A stretch of 64,000 nt of DNA from an uncultured Actinomycetota bacterium (GCA_963735115.1 CAVTJR010000003.1:1528884-1592883); one strand, 5' to 3'; counted from the first letter of the stretch, positions 28,936 through 41,128 are shown. Notes: generated by a model from the letters alone, not told the origin. Numbers and translations are program-made.

Positions 28936-30654
28936 GTGGCTCGGCACGGGCAAGCAGCGAGGTCGCTGTGGGTTCGGGGCGCCACCATCATCGACGGCAC
29001 GAACGCCGCCCCCATCACGGGCGACGTCGTCGTCGACGACCGCGGTGTCATCGCCGCCGTCGGACCGCCGTTGCGGCAGGCACCTTTCGAGGTGGCCTCG
29101 ACGGTGGACGGGTCCGGTTACGTGCTGTCGCCCGGTTTCGTCGACCTTCACTCCCACTCCGACCTTTACACGCTGTTTCGCGACGCGCCCGGCAACCCGC
29201 CCATCGGTGACTCGCCGAAGCTCGTGCAGGGCTGCACGGCCCAGGTCTTCGGCCAGGACGGCATCTCGGCCGCTCCCGTCTCCGAGGACGACCTCGGCGA
29301 TCACGTCGCTTTCCTCGCCGGCCTCGACGGCACGATCCCGCCCGAGTCCTGGACGTGGCGCTCCTTCGGCGAGTACCGCCAGGCGGTGACCGCCAGCTCG
29401 ACGACGCGCACCGCTCTCCTCGTCGGGCATGCCACGATCCGGCGGCTCGTCATGGGCGACGTCGCGCGTGAGGCGACAGCAGCCGACATCGAGGCCATGC
29501 AGCAGGCGCTCGCCACCGCCCTCGACGAGGGTGGGCGAGGCTTCTCCACCGGCCTCGTCTACGTTCCGGCCGCCTACGCGACGACAGACGAAGTGGCCGC
29601 CCTCTGCGAGGTCGTGGCGGCCCGCCAGGTGCCCTTCTTCGTGCATGTGCGCTCGGAGAGCGACCGCGTCGTCGAAGCCACCGACGAGGTGCTCGAGATC
29701 GCCGCTCGCACCGGCTGCCATCTCCACTACAGCCACATCAAAGCTGCCGGGCGGGAGAACTGGCACAAGGCCTCCGTGCTGATCGACCGCATGGCGGCGG
29801 CCCGCGAGGCGGGCGTGCACATCTCGGCGGACGTCCACCCCTATATCGCCGGCTCGACGTCTGCCATCGTCTTGCTCCCACCCTGGGTGCAGGACGGCGG
29901 CCACGAGGCGGCGATCGCACGCCTCTCCGAACCGGCCATCCGCGCCAAGCTCCGCCTGCAGCTGCTCGAGGACACGACCTCGTGGGACAACTGGTGGCGG
30001 TTCTCCGACGGCTGGAGCGGGCTCAAGGTGGCGCGGTCGCGACGGCCGGAGCTCGTCGGGCGCTCCTTCGCCGAGGTCATCTCCTCGGCCGGCGTGAGCG
30101 ACCTCGCCTCCCAGGAGGCATTCGACGCCATCTTCGACCTGCTGGCGGACGAGAACCTCGGCATGTCCCTCGTCTCGTTCAACAACGTCGAGGAGAACGT
30201 CGCCCGTTTCATGGGCCAGCCCTACACCTCGATCGGCACCGACGCCGTCGTCGACCACGGTGGGCACCCGCACCCCCGCCTGCACGGGACCTTTCCCCGC
30301 GTGCTCGGCCGTTTCGTGCGTGAGCTCGGAGCGCTCTCGCTCGAGGAAGCCGTCCGCAAGGTGACCTCGCAGGCCGCAAGCGTCGTCGGCTGGGGCGGTG
30401 TGCTCGGTGAGCTCCGGCCCGGACTGCCGGCCGATCTCGTCCTGTTCGATGCCGACGTCATCGCCGACCGGGCGACCTTCGAGTCGCCGTGGGAGTACCC
30501 CGTCGGAATCGAAGGCGTCTGGGTCGGAGGGTTCCGGGTCGTGCAGCAGGGAGACCTCGCCCCGGAGGCCGACGTCGTCGCCGGTGACCCGCGTGCGGCG
30601 GAGTCAGACGGCGCCGGTCAGCGCCCTTCGACGACGGGCGAGCGGGCAACGTAA
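28936..30654 (+). CDS. N-acyl-D-amino-acid deacylase family amidohydrolase
   Basis: PGFVDLHSHSD, GQDG, GFSTGLVY, HVRSE, SHIK, IGTDA, HPRLHGTFPR; GGAAGGA RBS before GTG 28936. Confidence 0.9.
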   Translation: MARHGQAARSLWVRGATIIDGTNAAPITGDVVVDDRGVIAAVGPPLRQAPFEVASTVDGSGYVLSPGFVDLHSHSDLYTLFRDAPGNPPIGDSPKLVQGCTAQVFGQDGISAAPVSEDDLGDHVAFLAGLDGTIPPESWTWRSFGEYRQAVTASSTTRTALLVGHATIRRLVMGDVAREATAADIEAMQQALATALDEGGRGFSTGLVYVPAAYATTDEVAALCEVVAARQVPFFVHVRSESDRVVEATDEVLEIAARTGCHLHYSHIKAAGRENWHKASVLIDRMAAAREAGVHISADVHPYIAGSTSAIVLLPPWVQDGGHEAAIARLSEPAIRAKLRLQLLEDTTSWDNWWRFSDGWSGLKVARSRRPELVGRSFAEVISSAGVSDLASQEAFDAIFDLLADENLGMSLVSFNNVEENVARFMGQPYTSIGTDAVVDHGGHPHPRLHGTFPRVLGRFVRELGALSLEEAVRKVTSQAASVVGWGGVLGELRPGLPADLVLFDADVIADRATFESPWEYPVGIEGVWVGGFRVVQQGDLAPEADVVAGDPRAAESDGAGQRPSTTGERAT

Positions 30655-32000
30655 CGGCCCCAACCGGCTTCGCCCGTGAAGCTGCCGTCTCTCGCCACGA
30701 CGCGCCCTCGGCTCAAGACGAGGGCAGGCCAGCCGACGACCACGCGGCCGGCGTAGGGCGAATGGTCGACAGCCATGTGCAAGTCGGCTGCCTCGAGCGA
30801 CTGGCGGCGATCCGGATCCCAGATGACGACGTCCGCATCGGCGCCCACGGCGAGTGAGCCCTTCTGCGGCCACAGCCCGAAGGTCTTCGCCGGCGCCTCG
30901 GCACAGAGCCGCACCCAATCCCCCACCGTGATGCGGCCCACCCGGACGCCTTCCCACACGAGGGCGAGGCGGGTTTCGATGCCGGGAAGGCCACCGGGGA
31001 TGTCCGTGAAGTCGGCCGCCCCCCCGGGTCGGCCTGCCACACCGGCGCGGCGGTCGGCGCGGGTGAAGGGGCAGTGGTCGGTGGCAACCGTATCGATGTA
31101 GCCCTGCGCCAGTCCCTCCCAGAGCTCCTCGGAGTGCCACGGCTGGCGTAGCGGAGGCGTGCACACGTAGTCGGCCCCGTCGGGCCCCTCCAACCGTGAG
31201 GTGTCGAGGTAGAGGTACTGCGGACAGGTCTCGGCGCGGACGTTCACGCCTCGGTCGCGGGCGGCTCGCACTGCCGCCAGCGCCGGAGCGGAGGAGACGT
31301 GAACGATGAAGATCGACGCCCCCGTCACCTCCGCCAGCGCACAGGCCCGGCCGACGGCTTCGGCCTCGAGCACGGCCGGGCGCGTCAGGGCGTGCTCGAT
31401 GACGGCCGTTCGCCCGGCCGCGAGCGCCTGGTGGCGCAGCTCCTCGACGGCACCGCCGTTTTCGCAGTGCAGTGTGACGAGGGAACCGTTCCGCCGGGCA
31501 GCCTGCATGAGACGCAGCACGGTGCCGTCGTCCACCTGCAGCCGCTCCGGGTACGCCAGGTAGAGCTTGAACGACGTGATGCCCGCTTCGACACCAGCGG
31601 CCACGACGGCCTCCGGCACGGCTTCGGTGAACGTGAGATGCAGGCCCCAGTCGATGGCGGACGGCTCCGCCCACGCCCGCCAGATCGCCACGGTCGCCAT
31701 CGGGTCGTCACCGCGTTGCACCGTGACGTAGTCAACGATGGTGGTGGTCCCGCCCACGGCGGCGGCCCGCGTGCCGCTCGCGAAGTCGTCCGACACGCGC
31801 ACGGCACCCACCGGCATGTTGAGGTGCGTGTGGGCGTCGACGCCACCCGGCGTGACGAGCTTGCCCGTGGCGTCGTGCACCTCCTCTCCAGGCAGCGGCG
31901 TGAGACGACCCACCTCGGCGATGCGACCGTCGGCGGCGACGCGAACATCTCCTCTTCGCTCGCCGGCCGCGTCCACCACCGTGCCGTCGCGGATCAGCAT
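30618..32000 (-). CDS. hydA: Dihydropyrimidinase / D-hydantoinase (HyuA-like)
   Basis: PGGVDAHTH, GGTTTIVD, SFKLYLAY (carboxylated Lys), HCENG, VHVS, ETCPQYL, ATDHCPF, PGGLPGIETR. Confidence 0.92.
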   Translation of the reverse strand: MLIRDGTVVDAAGERRGDVRVAADGRIAEVGRLTPLPGEEVHDATGKLVTPGGVDAHTHLNMPVGAVRVSDDFASGTRAAAVGGTTTIVDYVTVQRGDDPMATVAIWRAWAEPSAIDWGLHLTFTEAVPEAVVAAGVEAGITSFKLYLAYPERLQVDDGTVLRLMQAARRNGSLVTLHCENGGAVEELRHQALAAGRTAVIEHALTRPAVLEAEAVGRACALAEVTGASIFIVHVSSAPALAAVRAARDRGVNVRAETCPQYLYLDTSRLEGPDGADYVCTPPLRQPWHSEELWEGLAQGYIDTVATDHCPFTRADRRAGVAGRPGGAADFTDIPGGLPGIETRLALVWEGVRVGRITVGDWVRLCAEAPAKTFGLWPQKGSLAVGADADVVIWDPDRRQSLEAADLHMAVDHSPYAGRVVVGWPALVLSRGRVVARDGSFTGEAGWGRYVARSPVVEGR

Positions 32001-32105
32001 GCCGCCGGACCCGGCCGTCTCGCCTGCACCGCCCGGAAGCGGGCCGCCGCGGGCCACGGGCGGCGCGCTGGCATACGAAGAGGTCTCACGACCACGATCC
32101 GCTGC

Positions 32106-33407
32106 TCAGGGCCAGAGCCGGCGCGCCCGACGGGCGAGCTCGCCCCGGGCGGCGGCGAGCTCGAGACCTACGAGCTCCCCGTCGCTGACGACGAGCTCAC
32201 CGCCCACGAGGAGATGGCGCACACGCCGGTCCGGGCCGAGCACGAGGCCGGCGATCGGGTCGGGCACGTCGCCGAGGTCGTCGCCCGGCCAGATGGCGAT
32301 GTCGGCCGGCGACCCGGGCTCCAAGCGACCGAGCTCGCCTCGGCCGAGGCACCGTGCCCCGCCGGAGGTCGCCAGCCCGAGCGCTTCTGCCGGCGAGAAG
32401 GCGCTGGCGTGACCATCTCGTAACCTCGCCAGGTAGAGGGCTTGCCGCATCTCGGGCTGCAGAACGCCGGCCTCGTTCGATGCGGCGCCGTCGACACCGA
32501 GGCCGACGGGGGCGCCGGCGTCGACGAGCTGGCGGACCGGGCAGATACCCGAACCCAGACGGCCGTTCGAGCTCGGGCAGTGGGCGACGCCGGCGCCGGC
32601 AGCACCGAGGCGGGCGACCTCGCTCGGATCGAGGTGGATGGCATGGGCGAACCAGACGTCGGGGCCGAGCCAGCCGAGGCCCTCGACGTAGTCGAGCGGC
32701 CGGCAGCCGAAGCGCGCCAGGCTGTCGCGTTCCTCGTCCAACGTCTCTGCGAGGTGCGTGTGCAGGCGGAGCCCGAGCCTGCGGGCGAGATCGGCTGACT
32801 CGACCATCAGCTCCTTGCTCGTCGAGAAGGGACTGCAAGGGGCGACGACCACACTCACCCGGCTGCCGTCGTGCAGTCGCGCCGCTACGGCCTCGGTGGA
32901 GGCGAGGATGACCTCGACGTCCTCGACGATGTCGTCCGGCGGCAGCCCTCCAGCGCTCTCCCCGAGGTCCATGGAACCGCGAGAGAGGTGGAGGCGGACA
33001 CCGACGGTGCGGGCGGCAGAGGCGATGGCGTCGAAAACGCTGTCGTCACCGTGGGGGACGACGTAGTGATGGTCGGCCACCGTCGTGGCGCCGCTGCGAG
33101 CGAGCTCGGCCAGGCCGACAAGGGCAGCGGCGCCGACGTCGTCGCTCGACAGCTGGTTCCAGACGGGGTAGAGCTCCTGCAGCCATCCGAAGAGGTCGCA
33201 GCTCGTGGCACGCCCCCGCGTCATCCACTGGTAGAGGTGATGGTGCGTGTTGACGAGCCCGGCCGTCACGATGTCGCCGTCGCAGCGCAGCTCCCGGTCG
33301 CCCGGTCTCGCTTCGACAGAACCGATCTCGGTGATGAGCCCGTCCTCGACAGCGACGTCTGCGGGGAAGCGGGCGCCCCGCAGCACGAGGCGCGATTCCG
33401 TTGACAT
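32106..33407 (-). CDS. 8-oxoguanine deaminase / AtzB-like amidohydrolase
   Basis: GLVNTHHHLYQWMTRG, DHHY, APCSPFS, HTHLAET, HCPSSNGRLGSG, GVDGAASNE. Confidence 0.88.
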   Translation of the reverse strand: MSTESRLVLRGARFPADVAVEDGLITEIGSVEARPGDRELRCDGDIVTAGLVNTHHHLYQWMTRGRATSCDLFGWLQELYPVWNQLSSDDVGAAALVGLAELARSGATTVADHHYVVPHGDDSVFDAIASAARTVGVRLHLSRGSMDLGESAGGLPPDDIVEDVEVILASTEAVAARLHDGSRVSVVVAPCSPFSTSKELMVESADLARRLGLRLHTHLAETLDEERDSLARFGCRPLDYVEGLGWLGPDVWFAHAIHLDPSEVARLGAAGAGVAHCPSSNGRLGSGICPVRQLVDAGAPVGLGVDGAASNEAGVLQPEMRQALYLARLRDGHASAFSPAEALGLATSGGARCLGRGELGRLEPGSPADIAIWPGDDLGDVPDPIAGLVLGPDRRVRHLLVGGELVVSDGELVGLELAAARGELARRARRLWP

Positions 33408-33427
33408 GTGGACCTCCGGGTGCTCGA

Positions 33428-34779
33428 TCATCGACGGCCCCCCGTGAAGAGCACGGCGACGCTCTCGCCCGGCCCGACGACGCCCTGCTCACGCAAGGCC
33501 ACGAGACCGGCGAGTCCGGCTGACCCGGTCGGGTCGACCTGGATGCCCGTTGTTTCGAGGGCGAGGGCATTCGCCTTCTCCAGCTCTTCCTCGCCGACTA
33601 CGACGGGCCGACCCCCGGTGACGAGCATCGCCTCGACGACGGCCAACCAGTCGTAGGTTTCGTCGTCGAGAATGCCGTGGGCGATGCTGTGCGGCGTCGT
33701 CTCCCAAGGCCACATGAACTCGGACCGGTGCTGGGCGGCCTGGCGGAGAGCCCGGTGGATCGGGTCAGGACCGCTCTGGCCGTCAAGGAGGGCCGCCACG
33801 CGGTCGAAGGCGCGCTTGAGCGGCCAAGCGCTCTCGGTCTGGACGGTGTGGAAGCGCGGGGGGCGCTCGAGGAGACCGAAGGTGACCGCTTCGCCGAAGG
33901 CGGCGGCGACAGCGCTGGCGAGTGCCCCTCCACCGACCTGGACGACGACGTGATCGAGAGGAGCTCCGGTGGCCGCCAGGTGGGCCACGATCTCGTAGCC
34001 GAGCGTCTGGCCGCCTTCGATGGCGAGGCCGTTCTCGTTGCCCTGGCAGGTGAACGGCAGAGCTCCTTCAGCGATGGCCGCCCGCATGCGGTGGTAGGTG
34101 GGATCGCCGTTCACTCCGGCTTGGCGGGCGCACACGGTGATGCGAGCCCCGAGGGAGGAGAGCCGCGCGACGACGGCCGGGTCGGCGTCGGTGGGCACGA
34201 ACACGAGCAGCTGCCGCCCGCCTGCCGCCGCCACGACCGCCGCAGCCAAGGCGGCGTTCCCGCAGCTGGCGATCGCCAGCGGGCGTCGCTCGCTCGCATC
34301 GATCAGGCCAAGCTGTTCGGCCACCTCGAGGTGGAGGAGCAAGCCGAAGAGGTGGCGTCCCTTGTGAGAGCGGGCGACATTGTGGGTCTCGTCCTTCACG
34401 AACACGGGACCGAGGACACCAGCACCTTCACCGAGACGCCCCTCGAAGGTCAGCGGCGTCGTGACGAACCCGCTGCCGTCGACGTCTGCCACGGCGGCGT
34501 CGAGCCGCCGCACGAGAGCGACGAACTGCCCGTCGCCGAGACCGCCGGCGACGGCGAGGTGCTGGGCGTGCAGCAGCGATCGGAACCGCACGAACGGGTT
34601 CTGCTCGCCCTCGTCGCCCGCAGGGAAGGTGACGGCGTCCGCATCGAGCACCCTGCGAAGGACGTGGTCGACACCATCGCCGGCGCGCGGGCAGGAGAAC
34701 GGGTATGGCTCGAACGGCTCGAGGACCGTACCGCACCCGCGGCAGACCATCAGGCTCGGCAAGGGCGTGTGCCGCAGGT

Positions 34780-34783
<4 letters not shown>
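33428..34783 (-). CDS. Fold-type II PLP enzyme, threonine synthase-like, with N-terminal Cys motif
   Basis: CRGC...[15 protein letters not shown] (PLP Lys), [40 protein letters not shown]. Confidence 0.85.
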
Positions 34784-36282
<1,499 letters not shown>

Positions 36283-36561
36283 GCGACACCTCCATCCATG
36301 GCGTCCTCGCCATCATCGTGCGAAACGCTTGGCGTCTCGTATGCCGACTGTTCGTTGTACCGGCGCCGCTCGTCCCCACCTGCGTGCGAGCCTGCGGGTG
36401 GCGGCTGCGTTCCGCAGGCTGCGGGCGAATGAGAAGAAACGTAGCTCCGCCAGCTCGAGCTCTCCGAGCAGGGTGCTCGGTGGTCGCCGGCGGACCGCAG
36501 CAAGGCCGGTGGCGTTCTTTGAGCTGGTGCCACTCGTTCGAGCACGTCCCGGGCCCTCGCC

Positions 36562-37920
36562 TCAGATGACGGCTTCGTCGAGCATGGCGTCGGCGACCTT
36601 CACGAATCCGGCGATGTTCGCCCCCACGACGTAGTCCCCGTCCTCGCCATACCGCTCGGCTGCTTCCCGGCAGTGCGAGTGGATCGCCCCCATGATGGAC
36701 CGCAAACGTTCGTCCACCTGCTCGCGTGTCCACTGCAGATGGAGGCTGTCCTGCGCCATCTCCAGCCCGGAGACGGTGACACCGCCTGCGTTTGCTGCTT
36801 TGCCCGGTCCGAAGAGGACCCCGGCGGTACGGAACTGCGAGGCGCCGTCCGGCATCGTGGGCATGTTGGCCCCTTCGGTGACGGCGATCACGCCGTTGCC
36901 CACGAGGTTGGCCGCATCCTTGCCGTTGATCTCGTTCTGGGTGGCGCACGGGAAGGCACAGTCGGCCGGGACCGCCCAGAGCGGGTTGCAGTCCCCGTGA
37001 GTGGCGGCGGTGAAGCTTGCCGTCGGGAACTTCGTGGCGTACTCCGAGATGCGCCCGCGGCGAACGTTCTTCAAATCCATGACCCAGCAGAGCTTCTCTT
37101 CATCGATGCCGTCTGGATCGTGCACGAAGCCACCCGAGTCGGACAGCGTCACCGGTTTCGCACCGATGGCGATGAGCTTCTCGGCGGCGTATTGGGCGAC
37201 ATTGCCGCTGCCGGAAATGAGACACGTCTTGGCCTCGAGGCTCTGCGAGCGGGTGGCGAGCATCTCGGCGGCGAAGTAGACAGCGCCGTAACCGGTCGCC
37301 TCCGGACGGACGAGGGAACCGCCCCAGCCGTAGCCCTTGCCGGTCAAGGTGCCGCTGAACTCGTTGGTGATGCGCTTGTACTGGCCGAACAGGTAACCGA
37401 TCTCGCGGCCGCCCACACCGATGTCACCCGCAGGAACATCGGTGAACTGACCGATGTGGCGGTACAGCTCACTCATGAACGCCTGGCAGAACCGCCGCAC
37501 CTCGGCGTCACTCCTTCCCTTCGGGTCGAAGTCGGAGCCACCCTTGGCGCCACCCATCGGCAGCGTCGTGAGCGAGTTCTTCAACACCTGCTCGAAGGCG
37601 AGGAACTTCAGCAGCCCGGCGTAGACGCTCGGATGGAAGCGAAGCCCGCCCTTGTAGGGCCCGATGGCACTGTTCATTTGGACGCGGAAGCCGCGATTGA
37701 TCTGTATCTCCCCCTCGTCGTCCACCCAGGGGACGCGGAAGATGATGGTGCGCTCCGGCTCCGCCATGCGTTCGAGGATCTTGGCCGCCTCGTACTCGCG
37801 GTGCTCGGCAAGCACCGGCGCGAGCGAGGTGTAGACCTCCCCAACGGCCTCGAGAAACTCCGGCTCACCAGGGTTCTGGCGCGCCACGTCGTTCAGCACG
37901 CGTTCGATGTAGTTCGACAT
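36562..37920 (-). CDS. gdhA: NADP-specific glutamate dehydrogenase
   Basis: GPYKGGLRFHP, MGGAKGGSDFDPKG, DVPAGDIGVG, RPEATGYG, SGSGNVA, EGANMP, KAANAGGV. Confidence 0.97.
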   Translation of the reverse strand: MSNYIERVLNDVARQNPGEPEFLEAVGEVYTSLAPVLAEHREYEAAKILERMAEPERTIIFRVPWVDDEGEIQINRGFRVQMNSAIGPYKGGLRFHPSVYAGLLKFLAFEQVLKNSLTTLPMGGAKGGSDFDPKGRSDAEVRRFCQAFMSELYRHIGQFTDVPAGDIGVGGREIGYLFGQYKRITNEFSGTLTGKGYGWGGSLVRPEATGYGAVYFAAEMLATRSQSLEAKTCLISGSGNVAQYAAEKLIAIGAKPVTLSDSGGFVHDPDGIDEEKLCWVMDLKNVRRGRISEYATKFPTASFTAATHGDCNPLWAVPADCAFPCATQNEINGKDAANLVGNGVIAVTEGANMPTMPDGASQFRTAGVLFGPGKAANAGGVTVSGLEMAQDSLHLQWTREQVDERLRSIMGAIHSHCREAAERYGEDGDYVVGANIAGFVKVADAMLDEAVI

Positions 37921-38025
37921 TGGCGTCGTGACTCCTTCTTGTCTCGCTTCGTTGCGATGTCGGCCAGCTGAATCAGGCACAGACGCTCGTGAACAAATGA
38001 TGCGCCCGGCTCGACGAGCGAACTA

Positions 38026-38039
38026 GGGCCGAAGGTCCC
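38026..38039 (-). promoter_or_regulatory. DevR/DosR-like box upstream of gdhA
   Basis: TA-GGGCCGAAGGTCCC; minus-strand CATCAT 23 nt away (38002-37997). Confidence 0.75.
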
Positions 38040-38223
38040 CCGCCTGCGCTTCAAGCGTCCCTTTACCTGTAGGAACCTCTGCGTGCGCCGCCATGGCAAC
38101 GCATCGCGGCCCGAGGCGCATCCCCTCCGCGCCCTGCGGCGCTAGCCTCCGGTCCGGCGTCCGCGTTCATGAGGTGAGCCGTGCCGCAGCCATCGACGAC
38201 GACAGCCCGATGACACCTTGGCC

Positions 38224-39351
38224 ATGAGCGCAGACGATCGCGCCGGACCTCGCCCCTTCGGTGTGCCCACCCTCGAGGACCTCGGGGACCTGAGCGGACG
38301 CTCGGTGCTCGTGCGGGGGGACCTCGACATCGCCGAGCTCGAGCCCGGTTCGCTGGCTCGCGAGCGACGCCTCGGTGTTCTCCTGCCGACCCTGCGATGG
38401 TTGCTCGACCGCGGTGCCCGCGTGTCGGTCTGCGGCCATGTCGGGAGCCTCGTTGGTGAAGCTGACGAGGCGTCCTTCTTGGGAATCCGTCGGGAAGTGG
38501 AGGATGCCTGTCCCGGAGTGAGCGTCCTCCCGAACCTGGCGGGCGAGCAGGAGCGCTTGGGGGACCGACAGCTGGCGGTGGAGCTTGCGCGGGGGCAGGA
38601 CTTCTATGTGAACGAGGCCTTTCAATGGTGCTGGATGTCGCTCGCCTCCATCGTGGGGCCTCCCGCCCTGCTTCCGTCAGCTGCTGGGCTGCGGCTGGCG
38701 GCCGACCTCGTGCTGCTCGAGCCTTTGATCCTCCACCCCCCGCGACCGTTCGTGGCCGTGTTCGGAAGCGATCAGTCGCTTTCACGGCTTCCCGGCTTGC
38801 GCGGGCTGATACTTCGCGCTGATGCGACCCTCGTCGGTGGGGCAATGGCCCTGCCCTTCCTGCAGGCGATCGGTGTGCAAAGCGCCCCAAAGCCCGAGAC
38901 CGAGCTGCTGCGGGAGTGCCGAGCGTGCTTCGGGCTCGCCCGGGAGATCCAGCACAACGTTCGCCTTCCCTCGGACCTCGTCTGGGAACAGCCGGACGGG
39001 ACGGTGGTGCTCGCCCCCTCCGCCTCATCGCTCGACGGCTCCGTCTCCGACATCGGGTCGACGACGCGCCTTCGCTACGCCGAGGTGCTGCGGGGAGCGG
39101 GCAGTGTCCTGTGGACGGGCGCCCTCGGCCGAGCGGAGGACACACGCTTCGCCCAGGGTACGCGAGCGGTGGCCGCCGGCCTGCCGCCGCAGGGCCACGT
39201 AGTACTCGGTGGGGACGCTGCGCTGGCCGCCCTCGAAGACCTCACGAGTGCCGCCACCGGAGTGCTCAGTGCCACCGACAGCGCCGTCACGTTGTTGAAG
39301 GACGGGGATCTACCGGGCTTGGCGGCGCTCCGGGGGAGCCGGCGGGGCTGA
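38224..39351 (+). CDS. Phosphoglycerate kinase-like protein with degenerate active site
   Basis: PGK scaffold motifs VLVRGDLD, YVNEAF, AAGL, PPRPFVAVFG, VGGAMA, DIG, GGD, LPGLAAL; substrate and catalytic motifs are replaced. Confidence 0.75.
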   Translation: MSADDRAGPRPFGVPTLEDLGDLSGRSVLVRGDLDIAELEPGSLARERRLGVLLPTLRWLLDRGARVSVCGHVGSLVGEADEASFLGIRREVEDACPGVSVLPNLAGEQERLGDRQLAVELARGQDFYVNEAFQWCWMSLASIVGPPALLPSAAGLRLAADLVLLEPLILHPPRPFVAVFGSDQSLSRLPGLRGLILRADATLVGGAMALPFLQAIGVQSAPKPETELLRECRACFGLAREIQHNVRLPSDLVWEQPDGTVVLAPSASSLDGSVSDIGSTTRLRYAEVLRGAGSVLWTGALGRAEDTRFAQGTRAVAAGLPPQGHVVLGGDAALAALEDLTSAATGVLSATDSAVTLLKDGDLPGLAALRGSRRG

Positions 39352-39401
39352 GCCACAGCAACCCGCCGCAGTCCTCCTCCAGCTCGCGAGCAAGGCGCCC
39401 G

Positions 39402-40949
39402 TTACGGCAGAGGCGCCACCGGCTCAGCCGAGGTGAGCGGGCCGACCGACGTGAGAGGCGCTACTGGCTCCGACGCCGTGAGCGCCGCTTCCTTGCGGAC
39501 GCTTGTCCTGGACAGGATCCCGTAGGCAACTCCGCCGACGATCATCCCGACGAGCCAGCTGAAGTCCGCTCCATGCGTCCAGTTCGAAAGCGGACCGGTG
39601 TAGGAGGGCACATAGAAGGCGGCATCGATCCACATCATGGCAGCGAACATGCCGAGAGCCAGCGACGAGAGCGCCTTCCAGTTGAAGCCGCCGTCCCGCC
39701 AGTAGAGACCGCCACGCTTCTCAGCCAGCGAAAGGACGTCGTAGCGGCCGCGACGCAGCAGGTAGTCGACGATGAGGACGCCGAACCAGGGCCCCAGCCA
39801 CACGACGATGTAGTCGAGGAAGCCCGACAGGTCCGCGTAGAAGTTGCCCTTGAAGATCACAAGGGCCGTCACCCCGCCGGAGATGACGGTGTCGATGAGC
39901 ACGCAACCCCACCGCTTGAGGGGGATGCCGAGCGCCTGCAGGGTCACGCCGGAGGAGTACATGTCGATCGAGTTGATGGCGAACAGCTGCGGGATCGCCA
40001 GGATCAAGAAGGGCCAGAAGAACCAGCTGGCAAACGACGACGGGACGCCCGTAACGGCAGTGACACTCGGGCTGACGAGGTAGGCAGCCGCTCCGAGGAG
40101 CTCGAGCAGGATCGACGGAATCGCTCCTCCAAGCGTGGCGGCCCAGAAGGTCTTCATCTTGGCTGTGTCCCGCGGAAGGTACCGAGAGTAGTCAGCGGCG
40201 TTCTCGGTCCAGCCGAGCCCGCCGGCGGAGACGATGAGCACGAGCGCCGTCGTCCAGAGCCACCAGGTGGTGTGCTGGTGGAAGGTGCTCAGGTGGGCGT
40301 GCGGAATGACAAGGCATGCCATGACGGCGAAGACGACGATGAACACGAAGGACAGGTAGCGCAGCACCTTGATGATGGTGGCGTGGCCGAGGAACGGAAC
40401 GATGAACTGGATGGCCACCGCGCCGATGATGATGGCGACCTTGGCGCCGGTGTCGACATGGGTTCCCTCCCGCAGGAACATGGCAATGACGACGAGCACG
40501 ATGATGACGATGCCCTCGATCTCGAAGCCGACCTGGGTGATCCAGTTGAAGAGGGAAGGGGCACGGTTGCCGTTGCGACCAAAGGGAGCTCGGCTGACCA
40601 TGAAGGCGGTCGTGCCGGTCTCCGGCCCGGGCAGGCTCGCCCAACCGAGGAAGGCATAGCCGAGGTTGCCCACGAGGATGGCCAGCACGGCCTGCCAGAA
40701 CGACAGCCCGAAGGAGACGATGAGTGCTCCGTAGACGAGGAACTCGACGTTCCAGATCGCCCCCGCCCACATCCAGAACAGCCCGGACGGCTTCATCTTG
40801 CGGTCCGAGTCGGGAATCAACTCGATGCCACGTTGCTCCAGCTTGAAAGCTTCGTAGCTCTCCGACGTCGGGGGGGCATCGAGGTCAACGGCGCCACCTC
40901 GCGCGCCTCCGCCAAAGCCGCCGGTCACAGCGCCTGTCCCATCGGCCAT
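39402..40949 (-). CDS. NCS1 family purine-cytosine permease
   Basis: EQRGIELIP, SRAPFGRNG, WTENAADYSRYLP, NSIDMYSSG, PWFGVLIVDY; about 12 hydrophobic segments. Confidence 0.92.
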   Translation of the reverse strand: MADGTGAVTGGFGGGARGGAVDLDAPPTSESYEAFKLEQRGIELIPDSDRKMKPSGLFWMWAGAIWNVEFLVYGALIVSFGLSFWQAVLAILVGNLGYAFLGWASLPGPETGTTAFMVSRAPFGRNGNRAPSLFNWITQVGFEIEGIVIIVLVVIAMFLREGTHVDTGAKVAIIIGAVAIQFIVPFLGHATIIKVLRYLSFVFIVVFAVMACLVIPHAHLSTFHQHTTWWLWTTALVLIVSAGGLGWTENAADYSRYLPRDTAKMKTFWAATLGGAIPSILLELLGAAAYLVSPSVTAVTGVPSSFASWFFWPFLILAIPQLFAINSIDMYSSGVTLQALGIPLKRWGCVLIDTVISGGVTALVIFKGNFYADLSGFLDYIVVWLGPWFGVLIVDYLLRRGRYDVLSLAEKRGGLYWRDGGFNWKALSSLALGMFAAMMWIDAAFYVPSYTGPLSNWTHGADFSWLVGMIVGGVAYGILSRTSVRKEAALTASEPVAPLTSVGPLTSAEPVAPLP

Positions 40950-41047
40950 CTTCGGACCTCCCTTGTGCCGGAAAGAGAAACCCGCAAGTTCCCCTCGGTG
41001 CGGCTCGTCCGTTAACAAACATGTTCCTTTCGAGGGCGGCTTCTCTA

Positions 41048-41114
41048 GGGTCTTTGTGCCCTACTTCGAGCAGGCAGAGGAGGCGGGGATCATCGATGCA
41101 GGATCGAAAGTCCC
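41048..41114. promoter_or_regulatory. Two DevR/DosR-like boxes in a divergent promoter
   Basis: TA-GGGTCTTTGTGCCC-TA (41048-41061) with minus-strand CATGTT 24 nt away, and GGATCGAAAGTCCC (41101-41114). Confidence 0.7.
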
Positions 41115-41128
41115 TCTAGAGTGACCAC

